The notes under the pieces are model-generated. The model made no database searches. It had not been told where the DNA came from and worked only from the letters and a program-made list of their open reading frames with translations. The translations under genes were made by a program, and so were the position numbers. 64,000 nt of DNA, from positions 39,643 through 103,642 of the IMG/VR virus record IMGVR_UViG_3300047368_000327; one strand, given 5' to 3'. Positions 8,198-18,189 of the stretch are shown here, in pieces. The stretch's first letter is position 1, and every line of letters begins with the position of its first letter. This stretch comes from a virus.

Positions 8198-10675
8198 ATG
8201 GATATAAAAGTTAAGAAAAGAAATGGTCGCTTAGAAAGCTTCGAAGTTGATAAAATAAATGCCAGCGCTCAAAGAGCTTGCGAAAACATTAAAGATGTTT
8301 CCCCTAGCGAAATAGTGCTAGACGCTCAATTACAATTATTCGACAAGATAACTACTGCCGAAATAGATCAAGCCTTAGTCCTTTCGGCTAGAGAAAAAAT
8401 AGAGAAAGAGCCAAACTATTCTTATGCAGCATCAAAGCTTTTACTTAACTGCCTATACAAAGAAGTATTCAAGGAAGGTGTAGACTCAGAAACCTTCTCT
8501 CTTCAATACAGAAAATCTTTTGTTCAAAATATTAAGAAACTAGTTTCATCAGGGGTACTTAATTCCAAACTACTTGATTTTGATTTAAAAATGTTATCAG
8601 AATCTTTAATTCTAGAAAGGGATGACAGCTTTAAGTATCTAGGGATACAAGTTTTAACGGACAGATACTTTATTAGGCAAGATGGTAAAGCTATGGAATC
8701 TCCTCAGGCTTTCTGGATGAGGGTTGCCATGGGGTTATCTCTTAACGAAAGCAACCCAAATGAAAAAGCTATAGAGTTTTACAATATATTTAGCCAATTT
8801 CTATACACCCCATCGACACCAACTCTTTTTAATAGCGGCACATCTCACTCTCAGCTCAGCTCTTGCTACTTAAATACGTTTGACGATTCGATTGATGGCA
8901 TATTTGATGGCGCCTGGCAAGAAGCTAGAAAATCTAAGTTTGCAGGAGGCCTTGGCTTTGATGTAACTCCATTTAGGTCTACAGGATCTCATATCAAAGG
9001 CACTAATGGTATATCTGGGGGGCTAATTCCTTGGTTAAAAATTTACAATGATTTATTGGTTGCTGTAAATCAAGGCGGTAAGCGACCAGGTGCAGGTTGC
9101 GCATATCTTGAGCCTTGGCATCTGGATTATGAAGATTTTTTAAATCTCAGGAGAAATACTGGAGACGACAGGCTTAGATGTCACGATATGAATACAGCTT
9201 CTTGGATTCCTGATGAATTCATGCGTAGAGTTCAAAATGAAGACGTTTGGTACTTTTTTGATCCTAAAGATACTACATGTGAAGACGGCAGAAATCTACA
9301 CGATCTCTTTGGTAAAGAATTTGATAATAAATATAACGAACTTTGCAATCAAGCAGAAGAAGGGTTGGTAAAAAATTATAGAGTTACCCCCGCAAAAGAC
9401 TTATGGAAAAAAATGCTTAAAGTATTATTTGAAACATCTCACCCTTGGAGTACATTTAAGGATCCATGTAATATTAGGTATACAAATCAGCATGAAGGAG
9501 TAGTTCACAGTAGTAATCTCTGCACGGAGATTACTCTTCACACAAAAGCCTCCAAATATAAATCAGGAGAAAAGAAAGAAATAGGCGAAACAGCTGTTTG
9601 CAATTTAGGCTCGATTAACCTACTTAACCACCTAAAAGAAGACGATACTATTGATTACAAAAAATTTGAATCTACAATTCATACTGCCATTAGGATTCTA
9701 GACAATGTCATAGACTTAAATTTTTACCCAACAAAAGAAGCGAGTAATTCCAATCTGAAGCATCGCCCCGTAGGGCTAGGCATGATGGCGATACACGATG
9801 TCCTCCACAGGATGAATATAAAAATGGATAGCGATGAAGCCGTACAGTTTAACGACAAATTATTCGAGTTTTATTCTATGCATGCAATTTATGCCAGCTC
9901 ACTTTTAGCTCAAGAACGAGGGGCTTATGATACATACGAGGGCTCATTATGGAGTAGAGGAGTTCTACCAATTGATTCTTACAATGATTTAATGGTTTAT
10001 AAAGGCAAGCAAAAAGTCGCAAAAGAATCTGTTACCGGCAAACCCTTAACTGGTTACGGTCAAACACTCAAAGATTGGGGTAAAGTTAGATCGCATGTAT
10101 CTGAATTCGGAATGCGTAATTCTAATGTTATGGCTATTGCGCCAACCGCCACTATAGGTTATATTAACGGGGTGGAGCAAAGCATTGAGCCAAACTTTTC
10201 AGTACTTTTTGTTTATGAGAATAAAAGCGGCAACTTTTATATAACGAACCAGCACTTTGTTAACGATATGAAAAAAGAAGGCTTATGGAATTCCGATCTA
10301 TCCAAACTTGTTAAAAGCGTGGACGGAGATCTATCCCTACTTAACGGGGACATACCTTCATGGATTAAAGATAAATACAAAACCGCATTCGATAGAGATA
10401 TGCTAAAATTGATTGACTGCAATTCTGTTCGTCAAAAATGGATAGATCAAGCTATCAGCTTCAATTTGTATAACAAAGGCACCTCTTTAAAATATCTTAA
10501 TGATATATATATGGCTTGCTGGGAAGCTGGATTAAAGACTACTTACTACTTAAGAAATAGAGCCGCAAGTAAAATAGAAAAGTCTACTGGAAGCGACAAA
10601 TCCCCAAGTGAAGATCAATCCGCTTGCAGTATTGAGGCAATGAAAAACGGCGGAACATGTGAAAGCTGCCAATAA
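8198..10675 (+). CDS. nrdA: Class I ribonucleotide reductase alpha subunit with N-terminal ATP-cone
   Basis: VKKRNG ATP-cone, TPTLFNSG, QLSSC, VNQGGKRPGA, SNLCTEI, VCNLGS, IAPTAT, LKTTYYLR and C-terminal CESC. Confidence 0.97.
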   Translation: MDIKVKKRNGRLESFEVDKINASAQRACENIKDVSPSEIVLDAQLQLFDKITTAEIDQALVLSAREKIEKEPNYSYAASKLLLNCLYKEVFKEGVDSETFSLQYRKSFVQNIKKLVSSGVLNSKLLDFDLKMLSESLILERDDSFKYLGIQVLTDRYFIRQDGKAMESPQAFWMRVAMGLSLNESNPNEKAIEFYNIFSQFLYTPSTPTLFNSGTSHSQLSSCYLNTFDDSIDGIFDGAWQEARKSKFAGGLGFDVTPFRSTGSHIKGTNGISGGLIPWLKIYNDLLVAVNQGGKRPGAGCAYLEPWHLDYEDFLNLRRNTGDDRLRCHDMNTASWIPDEFMRRVQNEDVWYFFDPKDTTCEDGRNLHDLFGKEFDNKYNELCNQAEEGLVKNYRVTPAKDLWKKMLKVLFETSHPWSTFKDPCNIRYTNQHEGVVHSSNLCTEITLHTKASKYKSGEKKEIGETAVCNLGSINLLNHLKEDDTIDYKKFESTIHTAIRILDNVIDLNFYPTKEASNSNLKHRPVGLGMMAIHDVLHRMNIKMDSDEAVQFNDKLFEFYSMHAIYASSLLAQERGAYDTYEGSLWSRGVLPIDSYNDLMVYKGKQKVAKESVTGKPLTGYGQTLKDWGKVRSHVSEFGMRNSNVMAIAPTATIGYINGVEQSIEPNFSVLFVYENKSGNFYITNQHFVNDMKKEGLWNSDLSKLVKSVDGDLSLLNGDIPSWIKDKYKTAFDRDMLKLIDCNSVRQKWIDQAISFNLYNKGTSLKYLNDIYMACWEAGLKTTYYLRNRAASKIEKSTGSDKSPSEDQSACSIEAMKNGGTCESCQ

Positions 10676-11069
10676 CAGAGCTTCAGGGGTAGCCATACTA
10701 CACGGGAAGTCCGTATTGCTAGCTAAAAGGTGCGATACTTGCCATTTAACTAATAAACGAATTCCTTTTGGAGGGTATTGGTCTATATTCGGCGGCACTA
10801 TAGACAAAGGTGAAACCCCAAAAGAATGCGCAGGCAGGGAGCTGTACGAAGAGTCTAAGATATTTGTGGACTTTAAAGATATAAAATTTGTAAAGTCTTT
10901 TAAGGATAGGTATTCCACTTTTTATTTTCATGTGTATTATTGTGAAAAAATTGTTGCCCCTAAACTTTGCGAAGAGCATACGGAATTCGGTTGGTTTAAA
11001 ATCGAAGAACTTAAAAATTTCAACGAGCCAATAGACTCAAAGATAGTTGACTGCATAACTTCACTATAG
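10659..11069 (+). CDS. Nudix hydrolase
   Basis: Nudix box GGTIDKGETPKECAGRELYEES. Confidence 0.9.
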   Translation: MKAANNRASGVAILHGKSVLLAKRCDTCHLTNKRIPFGGYWSIFGGTIDKGETPKECAGRELYEESKIFVDFKDIKFVKSFKDRYSTFYFHVYYCEKIVAPKLCEEHTEFGWFKIEELKNFNEPIDSKIVDCITSL

Positions 11070-11102
11070 ATCATTATCTATTTTATTGTGTAATTAAATT
11101 AC

Positions 11103-12302
11103 ATGAAAGCAAAAATAGTTAACAGCATAATGTCTGCCCTACTGGATAATCCAATATCCAATAACATAAAAAAAAACCACTTTGAGTCAAAAATACTTAA
11201 TGTCTCAGAACATCCTGCTGACCCAAGAGATTGGGTACACTCTTCAAGCTTAGACGCTAGTACATCAATAGACATCAAGGAGTTCTCAAGAAGAGATCTT
11301 TGCCCTGAGGTGGCTAATCAAGGCTCGATAGGTTCTTGCGTCGGTCATAGCGGTAGAGTTGTCTTAGGTTCATCCAACACCTTCAAGGAGCAAGAGCCTA
11401 GCTCAATGTGGATATATAAAACTGCCAAAAAATATGACGCATGGGCCGGTGAAGACTATTCTGGAACTTCAATACGGGGAGCAGCAAGCGCACTAATAAA
11501 CGAAGGGTGTTGCTTTGAGAGTTTTTGGCCATACGTTTCCAGCGAATTTAGCTCTCCAAAAGAAGGAGCTAAAGAAGATGCTGCGCTTAAAAAAATTGGC
11601 TCTTATCATGTTATACCTACTGATAAAACAGTAGAGATAAAGAAAATGCTTCTAGACAGGCCAATGTGGTATGCTTTCAAGGTCAGGAGTTATTTTTTCT
11701 CAATTGGCTATAATGGAATCATTGACACGGAGAGATATTTAGCCTCTGATTCGGCGGGTGGCCACGCAGTATGTCTGGTTGGATGGAAGTACATAGAGGG
11801 AAAACTTTATTGGGAGTTCCAAAATAGCTGGGGATCTTTTTTTGGCAATGATGGTTATTTTTTTATGGAAGACTCTTTGTTCAGATCTCAAATAATAAAC
11901 TCAATAGGGCCCTATTATGTAGAGATAAATAAAGGATTCTACAATCATCCTGTGGATCCCGAACCAGAACCCGTGAATCCCGAACCAGAACCTGTGGATC
12001 CCGAACCAGAACCTGTGGATCCCGAACCAGAACCTGTGGATCCCGAACCAGGACCTGTGGATCCCGAACCAGAACCCGTGGATCCCGAACCAGAACCTGT
12101 GGATCCTGAGCCGAAAAGCAAGAGTAAAACAGGAATTATAATCGGAGCTATAGTTCTATTTATTTTAATTATCTTAGTCTCACAATCTTACAGTGATGGT
12201 GACCAACCTATGAACTGGGATGAAAAACTAGACAAAGAGTTTGAGGAAAAAGGAATAGATAGAGATCTACTATTAAAGGAGTACAAGAACAATAACAAAT
12301 AG
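11103..12302 (+). CDS. Papain-family (C1) cysteine protease with a Pro/Glu stalk and C-terminal transmembrane anchor
   Basis: NQGSIGSCVG (Cys), GGHAV (His) and QNSWG (Asn); (PVDPEPE)x8; TM segment GIIIGAIVLFILIILVS. Confidence 0.88.
   Translation: MKAKIVNSIMSALLDNPISNNIKKNHFESKILNVSEHPADPRDWVHSSSLDASTSIDIKEFSRRDLCPEVANQGSIGSCVGHSGRVVLGSSNTFKEQEPSSMWIYKTAKKYDAWAGEDYSGTSIRGAASALINEGCCFESFWPYVSSEFSSPKEGAKEDAALKKIGSYHVIPTDKTVEIKKMLLDRPMWYAFKVRSYFFSIGYNGIIDTERYLASDSAGGHAVCLVGWKYIEGKLYWEFQNSWGSFFGNDGYFFMEDSLFRSQIINSIGPYYVEINKGFYNHPVDPEPEPVNPEPEPVDPEPEPVDPEPEPVDPEPGPVDPEPEPVDPEPEPVDPEPKSKSKTGIIIGAIVLFILIILVSQSYSDGDQPMNWDEKLDKEFEEKGIDRDLLLKEYKNNNK
11949..12116 (+). repeat. 21-bp coding tandem repeat x8 (PVDPEPE)
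   Basis: Unit CCTGTGGATCCCGAACCAGAA with few variants. Confidence 0.95.
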
Positions 12303-12307
12303 TTCAA

Positions 12308-12625
12308 GTGAATTTAATAATAGACTGCACTCTCTCAGAGCCTCCCAGCGAAATATCATCGTTCAGAGATGTAACAATGTACAGTAAAATTTTCCACTTT
12401 GAAGACGTCTTACTTTCGTGTAAAACTGGAACTAGGTCCATGTACTGGCAATGGTTAAAAAATAATGGCGCACATGATTACATTGCGCATGTATTAAACG
12501 AAGAAGAAAATGAAGCAGGTATACTAATGCATCCAAACAGTGGAGACATCATAATAGATAGAATAACTGCTTTTAATTTAAATTATATAATCAACCAACT
12601 TAAACTAATATCAAACAACTTTTAA
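12308..12625 (+). CDS. Hypothetical protein
   Basis: 105-aa ORF tightly packed in the operon; no confident family. Confidence 0.6.
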   Translation: MNLIIDCTLSEPPSEISSFRDVTMYSKIFHFEDVLLSCKTGTRSMYWQWLKNNGAHDYIAHVLNEEENEAGILMHPNSGDIIIDRITAFNLNYIINQLKLISNNF

Positions 12626-12626
12626 T

Positions 12627-12950
12627 ATGAAATTTTATTTTTTTATTTTAATTTTTCCTTTTGTAATCAACTGTTCCACCCTCAAGAGTGGAAAACCTCT
12701 TCATGCTGAACAAAAGATAGAACAAGTAATACCAAACATACAACACTTCAATAAAGCAGATATAAATAAAGACAATGTAATAGATAAAAATGAATCAATT
12801 CAATTCTATAAAAAAAATAATTCAATAAATTATGATTTACCTTTTACGGTTTTCTCTATCATGGCTGGAGTTGTTTTGTTTATCTGCTTTTGGCCCTTGG
12901 TTATTTCTTACGTGTCCTCATTAATAAAACGGTTCAAGAAGTCTTCTTAA
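12627..12950 (+). CDS. Small membrane/lipoprotein-like protein with an EF-hand-like loop
   Basis: Signal-like N-terminus ending INC, DINKDNVIDKNE loop and a C-terminal hydrophobic helix. Confidence 0.55.
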   Translation: MKFYFFILIFPFVINCSTLKSGKPLHAEQKIEQVIPNIQHFNKADINKDNVIDKNESIQFYKKNNSINYDLPFTVFSIMAGVVLFICFWPLVISYVSSLIKRFKKSS

Positions 12951-12958
12951 TTTTTTAG

Positions 12959-12987
12959 TTGACTATTTAGCGTCCTTATTGTATACT
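12959..12987 (+). promoter_or_regulatory. Sigma70-like promoter upstream of nrdB
   Basis: TTGACT-17 nt-TATACT. Confidence 0.7.
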
Positions 12988-13027
12988 TATGTGATCTAAT
13001 AATTAATTACATTCGTTATACATATAC

Positions 13028-14041
13028 ATGAAAGATAAAACAGGAGAACTTTTAACAGATAATATTGCTGGAGTAAATAGGATTTTACCGCATAAACACA
13101 AGTACGCATGGGATTTATTTTTAAAAAGTTGTGCTAACAACTGGATGCCAACAGAAATATCCATGCAAAATGATATCGCCCAATGGAAGAACAATGAAAT
13201 TACAGAAGATGAAAAATTGCTTGTTAAACGCTGTCTTGGATTTTTCGCTGGAAGCGAGTCTTTGGTTGGTAATAATTTGCTTTTGTCTGCCTTTCGTTAT
13301 GTTACAGACGCTGAGTGCCGCCAGTATATATTACGTCAGGCTTTTGAAGAGAGCTTGCATAACCTTACGGTAGTTTATATTTGTGACAGTTTAGACTTAG
13401 ACATAGATGAAGTTTACGCCGCCTACCAAAATGTACCAAGTATAAAGGCTAAGGATGATTTCCTAATGCAGATCACTGACGATATTAGTGCTCAAGATTT
13501 TAAATCCACAACCAAAGAAGGAAAACAAGCCATATTAAGAAACTTCTTGAGCTATTGGATTATTTGTGAGGGCACATTTTTCTTCAGCGGCTTCGCCATG
13601 TTGCTAGCTTTAGGGCGTCAAAATAAACTTCAAGGAATTTCTGATCAAATTAAATATACCCTTAGGGATGAAAGCTCTCATATAGCGTTTGGAACCTACT
13701 TGATAAACACCCTAATAGAGCAAAACCCATCTATCTGGACTAAAGAAATTCAAAATGAGTTCGTTGACCATATCAAAAAAGCAGTAGACCTAGAAATAGC
13801 GTATGCAAAAGATGTATTACCCACGGGGATACTTGGCTTAAATGCAGATATGTTTGTAGACTACATGCACTATATAGGTAATAGGCGCCTAGAAGCAATA
13901 GGTCTTGATTACAGGTTTCCTAGTGACAAGAATCCTTTTCCATGGCTAGGTGAAGTAGTAGACGTTCAAGCTATGGGTAATTTCTTCGAGAGAAGGGTAA
14001 GGGAGTATCAGCAAAGCGGATCTTTAGAGGACGATTTCTAA
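13028..14041 (+). CDS. nrdB: Ribonucleotide reductase beta subunit, class Ic-like (R2c)
   Basis: Ferritin-like ligands FFAGSE, EESLH, CEGTFF and RDESSH; tail NFFERRVREYQ. The first ligand is Glu and the radical-Tyr position is Val. Confidence 0.93.
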   Translation: MKDKTGELLTDNIAGVNRILPHKHKYAWDLFLKSCANNWMPTEISMQNDIAQWKNNEITEDEKLLVKRCLGFFAGSESLVGNNLLLSAFRYVTDAECRQYILRQAFEESLHNLTVVYICDSLDLDIDEVYAAYQNVPSIKAKDDFLMQITDDISAQDFKSTTKEGKQAILRNFLSYWIICEGTFFFSGFAMLLALGRQNKLQGISDQIKYTLRDESSHIAFGTYLINTLIEQNPSIWTKEIQNEFVDHIKKAVDLEIAYAKDVLPTGILGLNADMFVDYMHYIGNRRLEAIGLDYRFPSDKNPFPWLGEVVDVQAMGNFFERRVREYQQSGSLEDDF

Positions 14042-14062
14042 AACTTGAGTGTAATAATATAG

Positions 14063-14314
14063 GTGGCAGAGATACCTATATATATGTTAAGCAGCGTTAG
14101 CGGCGAAACTGGGATTTTTAATCATACCAACAGTTCAAATATAAGTTCTAACTCTGTTTCCTCTTCTTCGTTGTCCTCTAACTATATTTCCTCCAACTCT
14201 ATAAGTGGAGGCTACTTGACCCTTGATTACGATAATATTCCTTCTGTCGATCCACTCGTTAAGGGGGCCGTATGGAGAGATACTAATAATTTTCTTAAAA
14301 TAAGTGCTGGGTAA
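14063..14314 (+). CDS. Small Ser-rich protein, probably virion-associated
   Basis: SSN.ISSN-type repeats; C-terminus IPSVDP..KGAVWRD..FLKISAG resembles phage fibre/adaptor tails; GTGTA motif upstream. Confidence 0.55.
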   Translation: MAEIPIYMLSSVSGETGIFNHTNSSNISSNSVSSSSLSSNYISSNSISGGYLTLDYDNIPSVDPLVKGAVWRDTNNFLKISAG

Positions 14315-14343
14315 ATTCATATAATATTTTATAATCTACTAGA

Positions 14344-14877
14344 ATGGATGATTATAAAGGTAAATTATTAAGAAAACTAAAAGTAAGATGCTCAGAGGTA
14401 AATCAAGAGCTGATTGAAGTTAATGCTATTTACGATCAATCCGTATCGCCCTTCTGTCTAGAGGTATCCTCTTATTGCAAAAAAAATAACCTCAAAAATC
14501 CACTAGACAAACCAAAAGAAGATAAAAAAGAAGAAGGTTGTAAAATTATACCTCCTGAATTTAAATCTCTATACAGGCAAATCGCCATCCAAACCCACCC
14601 AGACAAAGGAGAAGATGATGTAAAAATTGAAAAATATCAACAAGCGACAGAAGCAAAAAAAGAAAGCAAAATAGACAAACTAGTATCAATAGCTAAAGAT
14701 TTAAAGATAAATTTAAATCAAATGAAATTTTCTGATATCAAAACTATAGAAAACAGCATAATTGATACAGAAAAAATGATACACCAGGTTAGAAACAGTT
14801 ATGTTTGGGCCTGGGCTATGGCTGCCAACAATAAGAGGGATGACATTATATTCAAATTCGTTATGAATAATGTGTAA
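14344..14877 (+). CDS. J-domain (DnaJ-like) protein
   Basis: KSLYRQIAIQTHPDKG (HPD motif) in a helical context. Confidence 0.7.
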   Translation: MDDYKGKLLRKLKVRCSEVNQELIEVNAIYDQSVSPFCLEVSSYCKKNNLKNPLDKPKEDKKEEGCKIIPPEFKSLYRQIAIQTHPDKGEDDVKIEKYQQATEAKKESKIDKLVSIAKDLKINLNQMKFSDIKTIENSIIDTEKMIHQVRNSYVWAWAMAANNKRDDIIFKFVMNNV

Positions 14878-14995
14878 TCTAACTCTTGATGGACTGTAGA
14901 CTTTTAAGTTTTTTTTTATTTATACTTTTTTGCAATTATAGCAATAAATATAATGGCCTACAATTCTTTCTCAATGATTAAGAATATTGATATAA

Positions 14996-15094
14996 ATGGC
15001 CATTTTAATAATAAAAAAAACCGCTAAATTAGTAGTCAAAAAGCTATCCAAGCTTGTTGTCATACAACATGACACGCCAGCTCCACCAACATAA
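14996..15094 (+). CDS. Possible 32-aa basic micropeptide
   Basis: MAILIIKKTAKLVVKKLSKLVVIQHDTPAPPT*; its stop abuts the next ATG in the same frame. Below the ORF-track cutoff. Confidence 0.3.
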   Translation: MAILIIKKTAKLVVKKLSKLVVIQHDTPAPPT

Positions 15095-15736
15095 ATGATA
15101 TCTTACGTTAAAAATGCATACCAAAAAGCAAAAAATGTGTACGAATATAAAGCGCTACGAATACTAGAATATCTAGATAGAGAGCTAAAATATGAGGAAT
15201 CTTTAACACACTATACTGATCAAAATAAATTAATAAAACTATCAATGGAATACGAAGCATATAAATTCGAAAATGAAATACATAGCCTTAGTTCTATGCC
15301 AGAAACAGCCATCGAAGAAATTATAAGAATCAATAAAAAGATTACTGACCACACTTGGGGAGTAATACTTGAATCTGAAAAGGTTTCTGATATAAATGTA
15401 TACATAGCTCAGATGAACAAGGTGCAAATCAACGCCAGAAAAGCTAACTTTTTTGTTATTACTGATTCAGAAGAAATACTTTTAAAATTAAATGACGTTT
15501 TTAATTGGATGAATAAAATTTTTTATATTGTCCCAAATACATATAATAGTAGTATCAGCGAGGAATACAGAAGTAGCATAAATTTCCATTGCCTCAAGCA
15601 TCTGGAAAAGCATATCTCAACCCCTGGCTCCGTATACATGAATCATTTAAAGGACATGGGTGGTAGGCAAATTACAGTCCCAAGCCCCACTCGTGTCTTT
15701 TGCTTTAACTCAAAAAGACTAGTTCCCGGATCATGA
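15095..15736 (+). CDS. Hypothetical protein, possibly a divergent fucosyltransferase-like GT-B
   Basis: WGVI...NFFVITDSEE resembles the C-terminal half of GT23/GT11-like proteins, but the HxR motif is absent. Confidence 0.4.
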   Translation: MISYVKNAYQKAKNVYEYKALRILEYLDRELKYEESLTHYTDQNKLIKLSMEYEAYKFENEIHSLSSMPETAIEEIIRINKKITDHTWGVILESEKVSDINVYIAQMNKVQINARKANFFVITDSEEILLKLNDVFNWMNKIFYIVPNTYNSSISEEYRSSINFHCLKHLEKHISTPGSVYMNHLKDMGGRQITVPSPTRVFCFNSKRLVPGS

Positions 15737-16662
15737 AAAGAATATCTTACATATTAGTTTCCAGAAATGACAATTACAACGGCGATTCCGTTGGGCGCTG
15801 CATCAATACGGTCAATCATGCTTGCGAGATAATTACCAGAAATAATGTCGTAGATCAGTCTGAAGTTGTATTGGTTGATTGGTGCTCCCGTAGCGGCTCT
15901 CTAAAGGAATCGATAGCCTCTCGATTAGTTCCTGAAACAAAAGGGCTTCTCAAGATTGTTACGGTTCCACCTGATATAGCAGACAAACACCAAGGAGATT
16001 CTCCTTTTTCTGAAGTTCATGCCATGAACGTTGGTTTTAGGCAAATGGAGGGAAAGCATTTTGCCAGAATAGATCAGGATACATTAATTGGCCAGCGTTT
16101 TATGGATTGGTTTTATCACGAATACGAAGTTAAGGATTATGGGTGGACGTGGCCACGAGCCGCCTTCTGTAGCCGCAGAAATTTAAGCGAAGACCAATCT
16201 CATCATTCCGTATTCAGGGATTATATATACGACCAAAAGTTAGCTATGAAAGTCGACATTTGTCACGAGCATAACCATTACAGCCGCCTCATGCCTAACG
16301 AACAGATATTTCCTTTTTATGGCGGCGCAGTAGGAGTTATGATGGTTGACAGAGATTGCTATCTTGAGCACAAAGGTTTCAACGAACAGCTGGTCTATAT
16401 GAATAGCATGGACACAGAGTTTCTTAACCGCATAGCAGCTAAAGAAGAAATATATAATTTATGTTTGGCTATTGACGGAGACTTTTATCATCAATACCAT
16501 GGTAGATCCGATGGCGCATCCAACGATACCACTCAGCCACACGCCCAGCACGAAGGAGAAAGAAAAACAAACGATTTAGATATCAGGAACAAAATGATAG
16601 ATAACCCAAACCCAGATAACTGGGGTTTATTAGATGAAGATTTAGAAATAACAAAAATATGA
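15733..16662 (+). CDS. Putative GT-A glycosyltransferase
   Basis: SRNDNY, EVVLVDW, AMNVG, IDQD (DxD) and GFNE....MDTEF..R. Confidence 0.7.
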   Translation: MKRISYILVSRNDNYNGDSVGRCINTVNHACEIITRNNVVDQSEVVLVDWCSRSGSLKESIASRLVPETKGLLKIVTVPPDIADKHQGDSPFSEVHAMNVGFRQMEGKHFARIDQDTLIGQRFMDWFYHEYEVKDYGWTWPRAAFCSRRNLSEDQSHHSVFRDYIYDQKLAMKVDICHEHNHYSRLMPNEQIFPFYGGAVGVMMVDRDCYLEHKGFNEQLVYMNSMDTEFLNRIAAKEEIYNLCLAIDGDFYHQYHGRSDGASNDTTQPHAQHEGERKTNDLDIRNKMIDNPNPDNWGLLDEDLEITKI

Positions 16663-17510
16663 GTAACGTAATATATATAATTAACAACTTGCCTTCCGAC
16701 ACTGATTTTGCTAATCCAGGATATCAAGACGTCGCATGGGTTCCACATTGTTTAAAGTCACTAGAGAGATACTGTTCAAAAATAGGATCCGATCTCAAGA
16801 TTATATCTATGGAGGATTTTCCAGCATTCAAAGAAATTGATCAGTATAATTTTAGCTTTTATCAGAAGAGTACTTTTATAAAGATATTATTTTTGCATGA
16901 GTTTATGAAGACGGGGTACGATAAATTTGCGCTACTAGATCTAGATATGGTGGTCAGCAAAGATGCCACAGATATATTTGAAGCTCACGAAAACGACGAT
17001 TTTGTTATGGGTTATGGATTTCATCCTGCCGTAGTCAAGAAGAACGAAATCTTCCTAAAACAATACCTCAAAAGTATTCCTGAAGACGAAAACGTTTACT
17101 GGCATAATGAAAAAACCAATAGAGATATCCCTAAATACAATTTAAATTTAGGGTGTTATATCATGAGTCGCAAGGTTGTTAGCAAAATGACAAAAGTTCT
17201 ACCTGATCAATATAGTTTGGTGGATTTTTTAAAGCATCATAACTTAATCGACAATCCCGTCCTCGAAGTTCTAGGTGAAAGAAAAGATTTCATAGATCAA
17301 GATCTATATTCTTATGCATACACAAAGACAGATGTACTAGACTCCCACAAGCCTCTCGATTGGATCTGGAATGCTAACTACCAAGCCTGCTTCCAAAAAG
17401 GTGAAGATAATAAATCTTTCAACCTCTGTCATTTATGCGGAGAGGATGGAAAGCAGTTTCTTTTGGATAATCTAAGTAACCCAGAAGTAATGGATCGAAT
17501 CGATGTATAG
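16659..17510 (+). CDS. Putative GT-A glycosyltransferase (GT8/GT34-like)
   Basis: YDKFALLDLDMVV, NLGCY, DQD and WNA...CHLCG. Confidence 0.7.
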   Translation: MSNVIYIINNLPSDTDFANPGYQDVAWVPHCLKSLERYCSKIGSDLKIISMEDFPAFKEIDQYNFSFYQKSTFIKILFLHEFMKTGYDKFALLDLDMVVSKDATDIFEAHENDDFVMGYGFHPAVVKKNEIFLKQYLKSIPEDENVYWHNEKTNRDIPKYNLNLGCYIMSRKVVSKMTKVLPDQYSLVDFLKHHNLIDNPVLEVLGERKDFIDQDLYSYAYTKTDVLDSHKPLDWIWNANYQACFQKGEDNKSFNLCHLCGEDGKQFLLDNLSNPEVMDRIDV

Positions 17511-18189
17511 CCACAAAGATAAATTCATATACGTTCATATTCCCAAGTCTGCAGGAACTTTTATCAAACATTATCTTCTTTCAAATATAGAAGAAGGTTA
17601 TGCAGAAAATCAAAACCAGCAGGATTATGACGATAAATATCATGTCACTTGCGAAAGATCTTTAAGCGCTATTGTTCGAGACGTTCCCGACTATAAAGAT
17701 TATTATAAATTTACAATAGTCAGAAACCCGTTTGATAGAGTCGTTTCCATGTTTTCCTATTTAGGTGGCTGGAAATTTGACTATTTCGTTGAAAACAATA
17801 TTGAATCACCAATGATGCCATATGTCCAAGAGTTTCATAAATACTATATGTTAAATGATTTCGACGGCTTTGTAACCTATGCCTACGAAGGAGGGTATAT
17901 TAAAAAGTTTCATGCTGGATATTATGAAAATTACATAGACAGGATATCGCTTAACGGCACAGTGGCTATAGATAAATTTTATAAAATGGAAAATATAAAA
18001 TCTTGCGTTTCAGATTTGAGTAAAAAGTTTAATTTTAAAAACAAGTCAGGATTTAACGATTGGCGTCAGAATAGTAGTTCAGAGTACAAGAAGAAACCTA
18101 ATTATAGGGATTATTATTCGGATTATAGCCGCGAATACATAGGAGACCATTTTCAAAGTGACCTGGAATACTTTAGATATGAGTTCTAA
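17503..18189 (+). CDS. Sulfotransferase (Sulfotransfer_2 / CHST-like)
   Basis: 5'-PSB HIPKSAGT; 3'-PB VRNPFDRVVS; C-terminal D...F.Y. Confidence 0.88.
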   Translation: MYSHKDKFIYVHIPKSAGTFIKHYLLSNIEEGYAENQNQQDYDDKYHVTCERSLSAIVRDVPDYKDYYKFTIVRNPFDRVVSMFSYLGGWKFDYFVENNIESPMMPYVQEFHKYYMLNDFDGFVTYAYEGGYIKKFHAGYYENYIDRISLNGTVAIDKFYKMENIKSCVSDLSKKFNFKNKSGFNDWRQNSSSEYKKKPNYRDYYSDYSREYIGDHFQSDLEYFRYEF

